A DNA stretch of 64,000 bases from assembly GCA_963667015.2 (NCBI GenBank), contig CAXXJJ010000004.1, forward strand, positions 3,904,001-3,968,000, in the 5' to 3' direction. The stretch comes from Desulfatiglandales bacterium. Lineage in GTDB: Bacteria; Desulfobacterota; DSM-4660; Desulfatiglandales; HGW-15. Positions 31,702 through 41,901 of the stretch are shown here, one piece after another (positions within the stretch are counted from its first letter, which is position 1; each line of letters starts with the position of its first letter). The position numbers were made by a program, and so were the translations under genes. The notes beneath the pieces were generated by a model, which saw only the letters and a program-made list of their open reading frames with translations, made no database searches and was not told the origin of the DNA.

Positions 31702-33387
31702 ATGAGGATGAAATTATATGGCAATAATTTTTTCTATCGTTCTTTGATTGTAGTAGTCTTTACATTGGGTATTGTCGCAATTATTGCAAGCGGAGGTAGT
31801 GGCGGGGGTGACGATGAACAATTAACACGTTATTACCTTGATTCAGACGGTGATGGATATGGAGATTCGAATACTTCAGTTGAAAGGACGACTCAGCCGA
31901 CAGGGTATGTGATAAATTCAAGTGATTGTGATGATTCTGATAAAAACATTTATCCTGGGGCAGAAGAAATTTGTGATTTTGTAGATAATGATTGCGACGG
32001 TGTTATAGATGAGGGATTTAATGACTCTTGCACAATAATCACTTATTATCTTGATAGTGATAATGATGGATATGGAGATCCGGATACTTCCCTTGAAGAC
32101 TACACTCAGCCATCTGGGTATGTAACAAGTTCAAATGACTGCAATGATGCTGATGAGGATATTCATCCTGGAGCCGAAGAAATATGTGACCACATAGATA
32201 ATGACTGCGATGGGGACACGGACGAGGGATTTAATGACTCTTGTACAAGAATTACCTACTATCTTGATTCTGACGAGGACGGCTATGGAGACCCGAATCA
32301 AACAACTGAGAATTATACCCAACCAATAGGATATGTTCTTAATAATAATGACTGCGATGATACTGATGAAAACATCAATCCCAGCTCTGAAGAGGTTTGT
32401 GACCACATAGATAATGACTGCGATGGTGACATAGATGAGGGATTTAATGACTCTTGCACAAAAATTTCTTTCTATCTCGATAGTGATAATGACGGGTATG
32501 GAGACATTAGTTCATCAATTGAAGACTATATCCAGCCTGAAGGGTATGTCACAAATTCGAATGATTGCGATGATTCGGATGAGGATATAAATCCAGATGC
32601 AGAAGAAGTCTGTGATAAGGTTGACAATAACTGTAATGGGAGCATCGACGAAGGATTCAATGAGTCTTGCACTGAATATACATACTACTATGACAGCGAC
32701 GAGGACGGATATGGTGATCCGGAAACCTCAATTGTAGACTATACTCAGCCAGCAGGGTATGTGCAAAACTCAAGTGACTGCGATGATACTAATGAAAACA
32801 TTAATCCGAGTGCGACAGAAGTTTGTGATGATATTGATAATAATTGTGATGGGGATATTGATGAAGGTTTTAATGAGTCGTGTCAGAATGTTCTTACATT
32901 GACTGCAACGGAAGACACTCATGCGGATCAGTTTAATCCCTCAATCAACTACGGAGACGAATCGTATGTTAAGATCGGAGTAGGTTATACAGGCTTTATA
33001 AAATTCGACTTTTCATCAATTCCAGAAAATGCAAACATAATGGAAGCAAAACTTTATCTTCGAAATAATACATATTACGTCGCAGATCCTCCCGCTGGAA
33101 CTATAACAATCTATCAAGTATCAGGAAGTGATTGGGATGAGCACGAACTAACTTATGCCAATATGCCAACAGAATACTCCCGATATGTGACAAAGAATAA
33201 AGATGCTTCTGATGGATCAATTACCTGGGAAATGACAAATTTTGTTTCATTATGGCTCGAAGATCCTAACTATGGATTGAGGATAGAAATGGAGATAGAT
33301 TCCGGCGCATATTCTAATTGGATGTTTGAGTCAGGTCCGACATTGGAAATAGTTTATACCGTTGGCGGCAACGGTGGTAGTATCTAA
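31702..33387 (+). CDS. Secreted/surface protein with five Asp/Cys metal-binding repeats and C-terminal DNRLRE-like domain
   Basis: N-terminal signal; 5x YYLDSDxDGYGD...DCDD...P.A.E.CD.VDNDCDG.IDEG (213-bp period); ATEDT...NYG...IKFDFSSIP...A.LYL. Confidence 0.8.
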   Translation: MRMKLYGNNFFYRSLIVVVFTLGIVAIIASGGSGGGDDEQLTRYYLDSDGDGYGDSNTSVERTTQPTGYVINSSDCDDSDKNIYPGAEEICDFVDNDCDGVIDEGFNDSCTIITYYLDSDNDGYGDPDTSLEDYTQPSGYVTSSNDCNDADEDIHPGAEEICDHIDNDCDGDTDEGFNDSCTRITYYLDSDEDGYGDPNQTTENYTQPIGYVLNNNDCDDTDENINPSSEEVCDHIDNDCDGDIDEGFNDSCTKISFYLDSDNDGYGDISSSIEDYIQPEGYVTNSNDCDDSDEDINPDAEEVCDKVDNNCNGSIDEGFNESCTEYTYYYDSDEDGYGDPETSIVDYTQPAGYVQNSSDCDDTNENINPSATEVCDDIDNNCDGDIDEGFNESCQNVLTLTATEDTHADQFNPSINYGDESYVKIGVGYTGFIKFDFSSIPENANIMEAKLYLRNNTYYVADPPAGTITIYQVSGSDWDEHELTYANMPTEYSRYVTKNKDASDGSITWEMTNFVSLWLEDPNYGLRIEMEIDSGAYSNWMFESGPTLEIVYTVGGNGGSI

Positions 33388-33475
33388 CGAGTATAGAATG
33401 TTAGTGATAGTTTTTTGATTTTGAAGTATTGGTTGAAATGATTTATTAGAATAGTCGTTTTTGTTAACGCCATTT

Positions 33476-33499
33476 AGGGGGCTTTTGCCCCCTTTTTTT
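33476..33499 (+). terminator. Intrinsic terminator
   Basis: agggggc-tttt-gcccc(c)t followed by T-run. Confidence 0.6.
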
Positions 33500-33585
33500 A
33501 TTTAATTGGATTTCGATTTCTTTCACGGTGGCGATATCTATTATTGTACAATCCTTAAAACCTAATACATTACATAATAATAAAA

Positions 33586-34095
33586 ATGGAGAACAAGTAT
33601 TTAATCCCCGCAGTATATCCCAATGTAGTGTCAACGCCTCATACTCAGATTGAATCAAGAAAATCTTTAGAAGAAATAACTTCAAATCTAACTTCTAATC
33701 AAAAGGGCAATCCACTTGAAAATATGTTTTCTGATAAAAGTAAATCATTGAAGGCTTCTGTTAATGCTTTATTAGAAGAGATTAGGTTGCGTGAAGAAAT
33801 TAACTCTCATCAGTTTAATAAAATAGATAAGGAGATACGTCGGCAACACACTGAGTTGATGCAAATTGAAAACCTGAAAGATAATTATCCACATGATTTA
33901 ACAAAAGACCTTAGTGAGGCGAAGGATAAGATTAAGAGTAATGTGCTTGAGCTTGAAAGGGAGAAGAGGAAGGAACAGCTTGAATGTTGGAGGGATTTGA
34001 TGTTTTTGAAGAAGTATTTGATGGTGTCGTTGAAGGATTATTGGGAGTTGGAGAGGAAGAGGGGGCTGTTGGAAGGTAACTTTCGAAATGATTGA
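33586..34095 (+). CDS. Hypothetical coiled-coil protein
   Basis: 169 aa, E/K/L-rich heptads. Confidence 0.65.
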   Translation: MENKYLIPAVYPNVVSTPHTQIESRKSLEEITSNLTSNQKGNPLENMFSDKSKSLKASVNALLEEIRLREEINSHQFNKIDKEIRRQHTELMQIENLKDNYPHDLTKDLSEAKDKIKSNVLELEREKRKEQLECWRDLMFLKKYLMVSLKDYWELERKRGLLEGNFRND

Positions 34096-34411
34096 AATTT
34101 TGGTGGAACATCTCTTAAGGACGAGTCAGTTTTCACCAACAAGTTGAAAGCGAAGACTACTTTTTAAAGTTTGTAATTTTGCGAGATTAAAAAATACTAT
34201 GACTTATAGCAGAAGTCTAAACTTCTGATTTTTCGACAGCCTCAACCCTTGTATAAGCGGTTTGGCAGGTTTTTCGCCAAATCCGATTTAATGCAAATGT
34301 TGGTTTCAAAAGGTCCATTAAATGAAAGGCTTTCATAATTTCTTCATTTTATAACCAATCATGTCACTTGATATCATATTCAGAATCTGAAGTATATTCC
34401 TCGAAGAAATG

Positions 34412-35068
34412 TTACCTTAACACCATACTAAGACTTGCGAAATTAAGAAATGAATGTACCAGAATGCAGGACCATAATGAATCAGTTTTTTTATATATAT
34501 ATCCCATAATTATTGCGACAATAAAAATAAGTCCACAGTTTTGTACTATACTTGGAAAAACAAATTGCCCCAGTTGGATCCAGCCAACGCAATGAATTAA
34601 TACAAATAAAATGGATTGTATGATATTTGCTTTAGAAAAGTTTGTATTCTCTTGTAGTTTTTTTAATATAAAACCCCTGAATAATATCTCTTCACTAAAC
34701 CCCACTAGAATAATACTCTTAAACCATATACCCATGCCAAACTGAAAGTTTATTTTAATAGCGTTATTTTTAAAGTAATATCCTGTTCCATGCAGAATTA
34801 AAATAAATGATCCAATAATAAGCCCACAGATTATTCCCCTGAAAACGTTTTTTCTTAGCTTTAGGTAATCAAGCAAATTAATCTTTAAGGCAGATAAGTA
34901 AATAAGTACCGGAACGGTCCATGTAATTAATCTCAGGGCTATTTGTGCTGAATAATTATTTCTTAATGCTGGCGATTGGGTGTATACGTAAACATAAAAT
35001 GAATGCACTATAAAAAGTAAGATAATATGAATTGAAAGATAGCGGTATCTATAAAGAAACTTCTCCAT
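34412..35068 (-). CDS. CPBP/Abi-family intramembrane protease (cassette)
   Basis: EEILFRG, FVLIH, HSFLN. Confidence 0.88.
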   Translation of the reverse strand: MEKFLYRYRYLSIHIILLFIVHSFYVYVYTQSPALRNNYSAQIALRLITWTVPVLIYLSALKINLLDYLKLRKNVFRGIICGLIIGSFILILHGTGYYFKNNAIKINFQFGMGIWFKSIILVGFSEEILFRGFILKKLQENTNFSKANIIQSILFVLIHCVGWIQLGQFVFPSIVQNCGLIFIVAIIMGYIYKKTDSLWSCILVHSFLNFASLSMVLR

Positions 35069-35270
35069 TTATTCTCCCATATTAGTTTCAAATTTAAATA
35101 AGCACGACCTGATATTGAAAAATTATAAATAGGTAGTTTAAAAAAACAACGGACCCGATAACCTGCCGGGCGGTTTAATATTACAAATATTTGCCAACCC
35201 CAACTGTTACTATATTAAACTCAACTCCGATCTGGCAAGATAGTAGCCCGGTCTGAGTTTATTGGCTTTG

Positions 35271-35954
35271 TTATGTTTTCCAAGTGCTAACTATTATTTT
35301 GTCAGAATCAATAGAAAAATCGTTTGAAAGCTTTTTAATTTGGGAATCTTTTGCGACAAAAATCATTTTTATGTCTGAAATTTTGAACTTTAGAGGGTAT
35401 GATAATAGCTTTTTATTGTATCGATCTGGATTTTTTAAATAAGTAGTTTGTTTCTGTGAAATTAAGTTCCCACCGATATCGCTCTTTCTAGGTACATACC
35501 TCCACTCATTTTCATTTTTGAAATCAAAATTGTCCTTTTTTAGGTAGCTGTTATATCCACGCACATTTTTGGTGAAACATTTTATTTCCATAATTGGTAA
35601 ACGCAAACGTTTAGGTATAACTTTTTCTTTGTTTCTACGGGCTCTTAATAACGTTGCTAAACCTTTTGCTGCAAGCGATTTTCCATCTATATATAGAACT
35701 GGACTAATTCTATTTTGCAGAGCCCAGTCTGTAGAAAATGCAATACCATATTTTCCATAAGTTATCTTTTTGTTGTTTAGCTCATCAAGTTGGTGTTGGC
35801 AAAAACATACCATCGGATGAACAGCGCTGGATACCTTTTTAGCACCGATGCAAAAGTCTTCTTTACTGTATGATAGTCTCAGAGACAATGTTTGCAAAAT
35901 GCTCTTTAGAGTTTCGTACTTTCTTGTCGCGTGAATTATTAATTGTGTTGTCAT
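35271..35954 (-). CDS. AbiGi-like protein (cassette)
   Basis: PMVCFC, YGKYGIAF, PVLYI, ENEWRY. Confidence 0.7.
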   Translation of the reverse strand: MTTQLIIHATRKYETLKSILQTLSLRLSYSKEDFCIGAKKVSSAVHPMVCFCQHQLDELNNKKITYGKYGIAFSTDWALQNRISPVLYIDGKSLAAKGLATLLRARRNKEKVIPKRLRLPIMEIKCFTKNVRGYNSYLKKDNFDFKNENEWRYVPRKSDIGGNLISQKQTTYLKNPDRYNKKLLSYPLKFKISDIKMIFVAKDSQIKKLSNDFSIDSDKIIVSTWKT

Positions 35955-36064
35955 TATAACCTACTCGAACTCAAACATAACGTTTTGCTCACCAGCCCCG
36001 CCGTGACGTTTCATAACAAGCAAGGAACCTTACGGGGTCTGGTGAAGCTAGATGTTATGGTTTG

Positions 36065-36814
36065 TTATGGTACATCGTTCCATCTTGAAAAACGATAATT
36101 GCTTTTTGATTTTTCTTTTAATGTATTTAAGTCATTCTCTAGTGCTTGCATCATGTGATGAAAATCATTTGATAGTTGAAACCGTTTAAAATTTGCATTG
36201 AATTGTGATGAAGCACACATAAAAGTAAAAGCAACATCAGCTACAATTAATAAAAATTGATCATTCATATCATTATCGCTTTCATCAAAATATACTGTGC
36301 CAGCTTCATTTCCGGATATTTCAAAATTTTGACTTGTTGGCATTATATTGCAGTGAGCATAGTAGCCATTTATCGTTTCTTTTCTAAATTTCAAATATTC
36401 TGAATATTTAGGATCATTTTCATTAAGCCAATTATATGCTTTATTCAAAGTTTTATCTCTTGGGACCGCTCGATCATGCTCATCAGCGCCACAAAATGTT
36501 TCTATATCTGTAGCGAACAAAGAATAACATGATAAAGCGGCTGATTCCAAAGCATACCTAAGAGTCAAAAATCCTTGGACCGAATGTAGTCTTAAAATTG
36601 AAAGAAGGGTTTGCGTTATTGCTTTTCTAAACTGGCCTAAAAAGAGAGTGAAAGTAAGGCCTTTTTCGCAGTCAAAATCCTCAACATAATGCCATAAATA
36701 ATCAACTACCTCATAGCAGACTTTATAATATTCAGCATTCGACGCAATTGATTCAAAAAGAACCTGATTCTCTCTATCCACGATATCTAATAAATTGTCT
36801 TTAAGTTCATTCAT
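36065..36814 (-). CDS. Hypothetical helical protein, HEPN-like (cassette)
   Basis: LRYALE, YYAH; ATG 36814 lies just inside the cassette core. Confidence 0.55.
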   Translation of the reverse strand: MNELKDNLLDIVDRENQVLFESIASNAEYYKVCYEVVDYLWHYVEDFDCEKGLTFTLFLGQFRKAITQTLLSILRLHSVQGFLTLRYALESAALSCYSLFATDIETFCGADEHDRAVPRDKTLNKAYNWLNENDPKYSEYLKFRKETINGYYAHCNIMPTSQNFEISGNEAGTVYFDESDNDMNDQFLLIVADVAFTFMCASSQFNANFKRFQLSNDFHHMMQALENDLNTLKEKSKSNYRFSRWNDVP

Positions 36815-36949
36815 TGATTGACTCCATAACGCCCACAATAAGGGGCTAGCGGGTTAATGGTACCGATGATCGTTAAAGTATGAAGACCATTGATACTGCG
36901 GGATTTCAATCGGCAAGAAAAACCAGCTAGTCCCACTTGATTGTTAGAC

Positions 36950-37735
36950 CTAATTAAAACTGATTACTTTCACGCTCTTTTCTCCACCCTCACCGTCCCA
37001 TGTTGTAGCATTTTTTATATTGCTTCGCGGATCATTTGTACCATCAAAAATAACTCCAATAATAAATGGAGTTTTAGGTTTGATGTTATGATTGAAAATA
37101 CGAATTCCATACTCGAAATCACTCTTAAATTCAGATATAGATATTTGTTGCACACCTTTAAATTCAGGATATCTCCAGATTGCGTTCTCAATCTTTTTTA
37201 AAGTTGTAACTTTAAAGCCTATGGGTTCAGCCCAAAACTGAGGCTCAAAAGCAATTGCTGCTGCTTTTGGCTCATCAGTTGCAAACTGGATTGTAATTGA
37301 TAGATTCGCAGTTAGATTTTCCGCTTGCTTTTTCTGTTGTGTAATAGCTGAATATATATCGTTCATCCACTCTTCTTCTATCTTATTTTCTATATCTATA
37401 TAAAAGCGACTCTCTAAGAAAGGAGAGAAATGGGAGATAGGTCCTATTTTAATCGGTATTATAAATTCAGGTTTGATACCCGATATTTCATCTGATAGCG
37501 CTTTTTTTAGTTCAGTTCTGACCCATGGTTTATCAATTGAGTTAGAGGAAAGAAATATCAGAAATTTGTCAGCAGATTCTATGCCAGTATGGATTTTCTC
37601 AATTAAATCATCTCCTCCTAATATTTCATATTTATCTAGCCACCCTTTTATATCTGGGAATTTTTTTCCTACTCTTAAAAAAACCTGCTCCACAATGGAT
37701 TTATCTTCAGATGCATGGCTAAAAAATACTTTCAT
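36950..37735 (-). CDS. TIR-domain protein (cassette)
   Basis: KVFFSHASEDK, WLDKYEI.GGD, SIDKPWVRTEL (catalytic Glu position). Confidence 0.85.
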   Translation of the reverse strand: MKVFFSHASEDKSIVEQVFLRVGKKFPDIKGWLDKYEILGGDDLIEKIHTGIESADKFLIFLSSNSIDKPWVRTELKKALSDEISGIKPEFIIPIKIGPISHFSPFLESRFYIDIENKIEEEWMNDIYSAITQQKKQAENLTANLSITIQFATDEPKAAAIAFEPQFWAEPIGFKVTTLKKIENAIWRYPEFKGVQQISISEFKSDFEYGIRIFNHNIKPKTPFIIGVIFDGTNDPRSNIKNATTWDGEGGEKSVKVISFN

Positions 37736-37846
37736 TTTTATCTCCTTGAGGTCTAACCCAGCATAAGCGGATTGGCAAGCTTTTCGCCAATTCCGACTTA
37801 ATGCTGATGTTGGGGATTTTTTAAAACCTTACCTTTATTACATTGA

Positions 37847-38257
37847 TCATTTTAAAGAAAGCAGTTGTTTTACAGGCTCAATATCTTTTTTCGTATTTAT
37901 ATCAAGTCGAATAGATTTTCCCTCAGCATATTGTTGAGCATTTTCTATTTCGGATAAGATTGGCTGAGGTAACCCGACATTTTTTACTTCCAAAACAGCT
38001 TTGTGACCCAGAGTGATGACTACTGTAAAAAAGCCGGACCTTGGGATTATATGTAGTAAACGCCTGCCATTGTTTACGAGTGCAAATGTCCAGCCAGCCT
38101 TTTTATTATAAAACTTCCATTCCCGATCTATTTTTCCATATTGATCCTGTAAGTGTAACTCAATTCCTTTTAATAACGACATAGATTTTCCTAATGCCTT
38201 TTCTATTTCAGACATTGTAGGAGATTTTGCTTTGTCATCAAAAATACTCTCAGCCAT
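37847..38257 (-). CDS. DUF3788-like protein (cassette)
   Basis: EWKFYNKKAGW, YAEGKSIR. Confidence 0.7.
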   Translation of the reverse strand: MAESIFDDKAKSPTMSEIEKALGKSMSLLKGIELHLQDQYGKIDREWKFYNKKAGWTFALVNNGRRLLHIIPRSGFFTVVITLGHKAVLEVKNVGLPQPILSEIENAQQYAEGKSIRLDINTKKDIEPVKQLLSLK

Positions 38258-38518
38258 TATATCTACCTCTAAATATTTATTAGCGACTACACGATAATTT
38301 TTAGATTCTGTTTCTACCTACTCTGTGACATGATCTTCCCCAACGTTTTGCTCACCAGCCCCGCCTCGATGCTATGCGAAAAACAAAAGAGACCCTCCGG
38401 GGTCTGGTGTAGCTGATTGTTGAACGAAGCCGCTTGCGCGGCAGAAAAATAATAAATAGTGTATGCTCCTGATGTATGCTCAATTCAGGGCACAAAAAAT
38501 AATAAAAGGAGATACACT

Positions 38519-39423
38519 ATGAACAAAAAAGAAACAGAAAGATTTAATGACCTTTATGAAAGACACCTAAGAATACTCAAACTTCAGGGTAAAAGTCAAA
38601 GCACTATTGATGCCTATTCAAGGGCGGTGCGCCGGATAAAAGAGCATTTTGACTGCTGTCCTGATCAGCTTACCCCGGACCAACTTGAACAGTATTTTTC
38701 TGACCTGGTTGATTCTCATTCCTGGAGCACTGTCAAATTGGACCGTCTTGGACTTCAGTTCTTCTGGAAACACGTTGTCCAGAAAAAATGGGAGTGGATA
38801 GATATTATTAAGCCTCCCAAAGTATATACCCTGCCTGATATTCTTACACCCGGTGAAATAGAGCGCATAATAGGTGCAACAAGAAAACTCCGATACAGGG
38901 TTTTTCTACTGACTACATATTCCATGGGACTTCGTTTGCAGGAAGCATTACATCTTCAAACCAGCGATATCGATGCTGAAAGAAAGAAGGTCCATATCCG
39001 GCGTGGTAAAGGTCATAAAGACCGTTTAGTTCCATTGCCGGATCTTACCTTAGAAGCTCTGCGTGAGTTATGGTCAAAACACAAAAACCCTGTATGGCTT
39101 TTCCCTAATGCCACGGGCTCTCCTGATAAAATCCAACAGGCAACTAATCACATGGACACAGGCGGAACTCAGAAGGCTATGCAGGTAGTTGTTAAGGAAT
39201 GCGGCATTAAAAAAAAGTCCATATCCATTCCCTTCGTCACAGCTTCGCAACACACCTGCTTGAGCGCGGCCTGAGTCTCAGACATATCCAGGCTATACTC
39301 GGGCATGCCACCCCTGAAACTACCGCTCGCTATGCTCACCTGACAGATATTACCGAGAATGACAGTCTTGTTAAAATCAATGAGCTGATCAACTCCATTC
39401 ATGTTGATTTGAAGAAGGTGTAA
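38519..39423 (+). CDS. Tyrosine recombinase requiring a -1 frameshift at 39209-39217
   Basis: MGLRLQE, GKGHKDR in frame 0; [15 protein letters not shown]...LGH...TTARY in -1 frame after A AAA AAG. Confidence 0.8.
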
Positions 39424-39425
39424 TC

Positions 39426-40472
39426 ATGGAACTGGCATCTATCATCAACCAATATTACGACTCATTTATGGCTAAACATTCCAGTACCCTACTACCAGGA
39501 CATTTAAGCGCACTTAATGCCATTCGTAGATGCAGAACTCCTGATTCCGGAGAAGTATATACAATCTGCAACCAGTGCGGACATTCCCAATGGAACCCCA
39601 TGTCCTGTGGTCACCGAAGTTGTCCTAAATGCCAGAACCATGAAACCAGCAGGTGGCTTGACCGACAACAGCAAAAGCTGCTGCCTGCACCTTATTTTAT
39701 GGTTACCTTCACACTGCCATATTCTTTCAGGCCTTTAGCCATGCACCATCAAAAAGAGATATACCCCTTTTTATTCTCCTGTGCAGCATCCACTCTAAAG
39801 GATTTTGCTGCTAACCCAAAAAAACTGGGGGCTAAAGTCGGTATGACCATTGTTCTGCATACTAATAACAGAAATCTGGATTATCATCCACATGTTCATG
39901 TCATCATTCCGGCAGGTGGAGTGGATAAAAAATCCAAACAATGGAAAAAGAAAAAAGGCAAATACCTCTTTAATGAAAAAGCCATGGCTAAAGTTTTCCG
40001 CGCCCGCTTTTTACATGAGCTAAATAATGCCGGCTTTTCCATCCCTAAAAATGCACCCAAAAAATGGGTGGCTGACTGCGAACATGTTGGAGCAGGCATT
40101 ACTGCCCTCAAGTATCTTGCCCGGTATTTATACCGTGGCGTTATCAGCGAAAAAAATATCATTGCAAACCGGGATGGAAAGATAACCTTTAAGTATATTG
40201 ATAACAATAAGATTGTAAAATACCGCACAATGGATGGGGAAGATTTTATTAAACTTCTACTGCAACATGTACTTCCCAAAGGCTTCAGGAGAGTCAGGGA
40301 TTATGGCTTCCTTCACAGTAATGCTAAGAAAATACGTTCTCTGATTCAGGTAATATTGAGAGTCGTTATTGATAAAATCCCGATACGTCCAAGGCCTGCT
40401 TTTAAATGCAGCCATTGTAAGTCGCTGATGACTATTGTTAAGTTTAGAAAGCCTGTTTGCAACTCGGAATAG
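39426..40472 (+). CDS. IS91-family (Y2 HUH) transposase, intact
   Basis: SCGHRSCPKCQ, HTN...YHPHVH, YLARYLYRG, QHVLPKGFRRVRDYG. Confidence 0.92.
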   Translation: MELASIINQYYDSFMAKHSSTLLPGHLSALNAIRRCRTPDSGEVYTICNQCGHSQWNPMSCGHRSCPKCQNHETSRWLDRQQQKLLPAPYFMVTFTLPYSFRPLAMHHQKEIYPFLFSCAASTLKDFAANPKKLGAKVGMTIVLHTNNRNLDYHPHVHVIIPAGGVDKKSKQWKKKKGKYLFNEKAMAKVFRARFLHELNNAGFSIPKNAPKKWVADCEHVGAGITALKYLARYLYRGVISEKNIIANRDGKITFKYIDNNKIVKYRTMDGEDFIKLLLQHVLPKGFRRVRDYGFLHSNAKKIRSLIQVILRVVIDKIPIRPRPAFKCSHCKSLMTIVKFRKPVCNSE

Positions 40473-40781
40473 ACCTTAATCTGGAAATTGCCCCTCTTGC
40501 TTTTATAACACGGAGGTAGCTTTGTTTATGAAGATTACAATCACTTTAAAGGCCTTTTTTAAGGTCAGCGTACCGGTCTGCCTTTTGCTTTCCGCTATAC
40601 TTTAAGTTCCATTACCTGTCAGCTTCTCGGATATATATATTTTCTTTATATAGACACGGGCTTGTTCAACCATTGGATAAGATTGTGGCTCCGCACAATC
40701 TATCCTTATTCGTTGTGCAATATTTTTCCGTAACAATCATGAAAATAATGTATGATCCTTAATTCCAGGTAATCAATCTTT

Positions 40782-41480
40782 TTATAAGCTTGATTCCAAT
40801 TCTTTGCTTTTGATCCATTGAAAATATTCTTCATACAATTTTACAATAAAAGTAGAAGCGATCTCTAATGCTTCATCAACAAATTCCTTTTCAAGCTCTA
40901 AATGCCGTTTCCCTTTGAGAGACAACCATTTTGAGGTTTTGACAAGGTCTTCTAATACAGAGACCTCTTTGGATAATTTTATATCCCCGCCACAATGGAT
41001 GATACAGTTCCGAATTTTACATAAATTTATCAATTTGCTCCATTCAGAATTGAACTTTAAAAAATCCATTTCAGTATAAGTTGTAATATATTTTCTGGCC
41101 CTTGTAATTCCTGTGTCCTTTTTAAAGTCTGTGTGTTTTTCAGGGTAATTGTTTTTTTTATACAAACTCCGGCAAAGACCATTTAACTTTGTTTCTATGA
41201 AGGAGCAAAGCGATACTATCATGTTTTTTCTGTGCATTAACATATAGGTTTTTATTGCTAAAGTTTCTCCTCCCAAAAAATCTACCAACTCCTTTTTTTG
41301 TGAGGCATTTAACTCTTTTATTTGATCCTCATATTTTCCAGATATCTGCACAATGTCACGTTTAAATTTACTTTCAATTTGTAAATGGAATTCTTTAAGT
41401 TCGGAAATATCCAATAACGCAATATGTCTGCTTATTGATAAACCTACTGCAGATCCAAGGTGCTTCCGTTTTTGCTTCAT
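40782..41480 (-). CDS. HEPN-family protein (first cassette)
   Basis: IRNCIIH (RxxxxH). Confidence 0.65.
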   Translation of the reverse strand: MKQKRKHLGSAVGLSISRHIALLDISELKEFHLQIESKFKRDIVQISGKYEDQIKELNASQKKELVDFLGGETLAIKTYMLMHRKNMIVSLCSFIETKLNGLCRSLYKKNNYPEKHTDFKKDTGITRARKYITTYTEMDFLKFNSEWSKLINLCKIRNCIIHCGGDIKLSKEVSVLEDLVKTSKWLSLKGKRHLELEKEFVDEALEIASTFIVKLYEEYFQWIKSKELESSL

Positions 41481-41901
41481 TGGTTAACTCCATATTTTGC
41501 GAATCTGAAAATGAAAATTATTGGATTATCCGCTCCCGTTTGAAAGCACAACATGTTATTAACCGGCCTAGAGATGTCTATATATAACCACTTTCAACAG
41601 GAATGTTTACCGGTAACTATTTTACATGTCTATGTATAGACATTTTTAAAACTTCTATTTTCAACTATATTGATATGAAATAAACAAGGAAAACATCAAA
41701 ACATCCTCTTATTACACTCTTGAAAACTTACGACTACTTGCCAAAGTCTATCATCTAAAAAATATTCTAAAACTTTCCATTTATAGCAGTAGTCACAACA
41801 TTGGCCTATACATATATGATAGAGATATTCAAGGTATTCAGCTTGTGTGAAAACTGCAGACCGCGATATACTGGGCGTTTTTGTTGTTGTACTAGTTTTC
41901 C

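Larger units (their letters stand above)
38419..40714 (+). mobile_element. Tyrosine-recombinase + IS91-family transposase element, copy B, inserted in an attC
   Basis: GTTGAAC left; GTTCAAC + hairpin + GTT right; splits attC core GTT|GTGC. Confidence 0.88.
34240..41552 (-). mobile_element. Integron cassette array (6 cassettes, no intI in window)
   Basis: attC hairpins at ~34240-34305, 35144-35276, 35975-36060, 36824-36949, 37751-37815, 38338-38421(+40712); complementary core pairs bracket cassettes (gttatgt/acataac, gttatgg/ccataac, gttagac/gtctaac, gttgggg/ccccaac, gttgtgc/gcacaac). Confidence 0.88.

Noticed and set aside
31831..32883. 213-bp tandem repeats as CRISPR or DGR-like array
   Set aside because: In-frame protein repeats diverged at synonymous sites; no constant repeat/unique spacer pattern and no cas or RT genes.
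34240..38421. Recurrent palindromes as CRISPR repeats
   Set aside because: They are separated by whole genes and have GTT/AAC cores, so they are attC sites.
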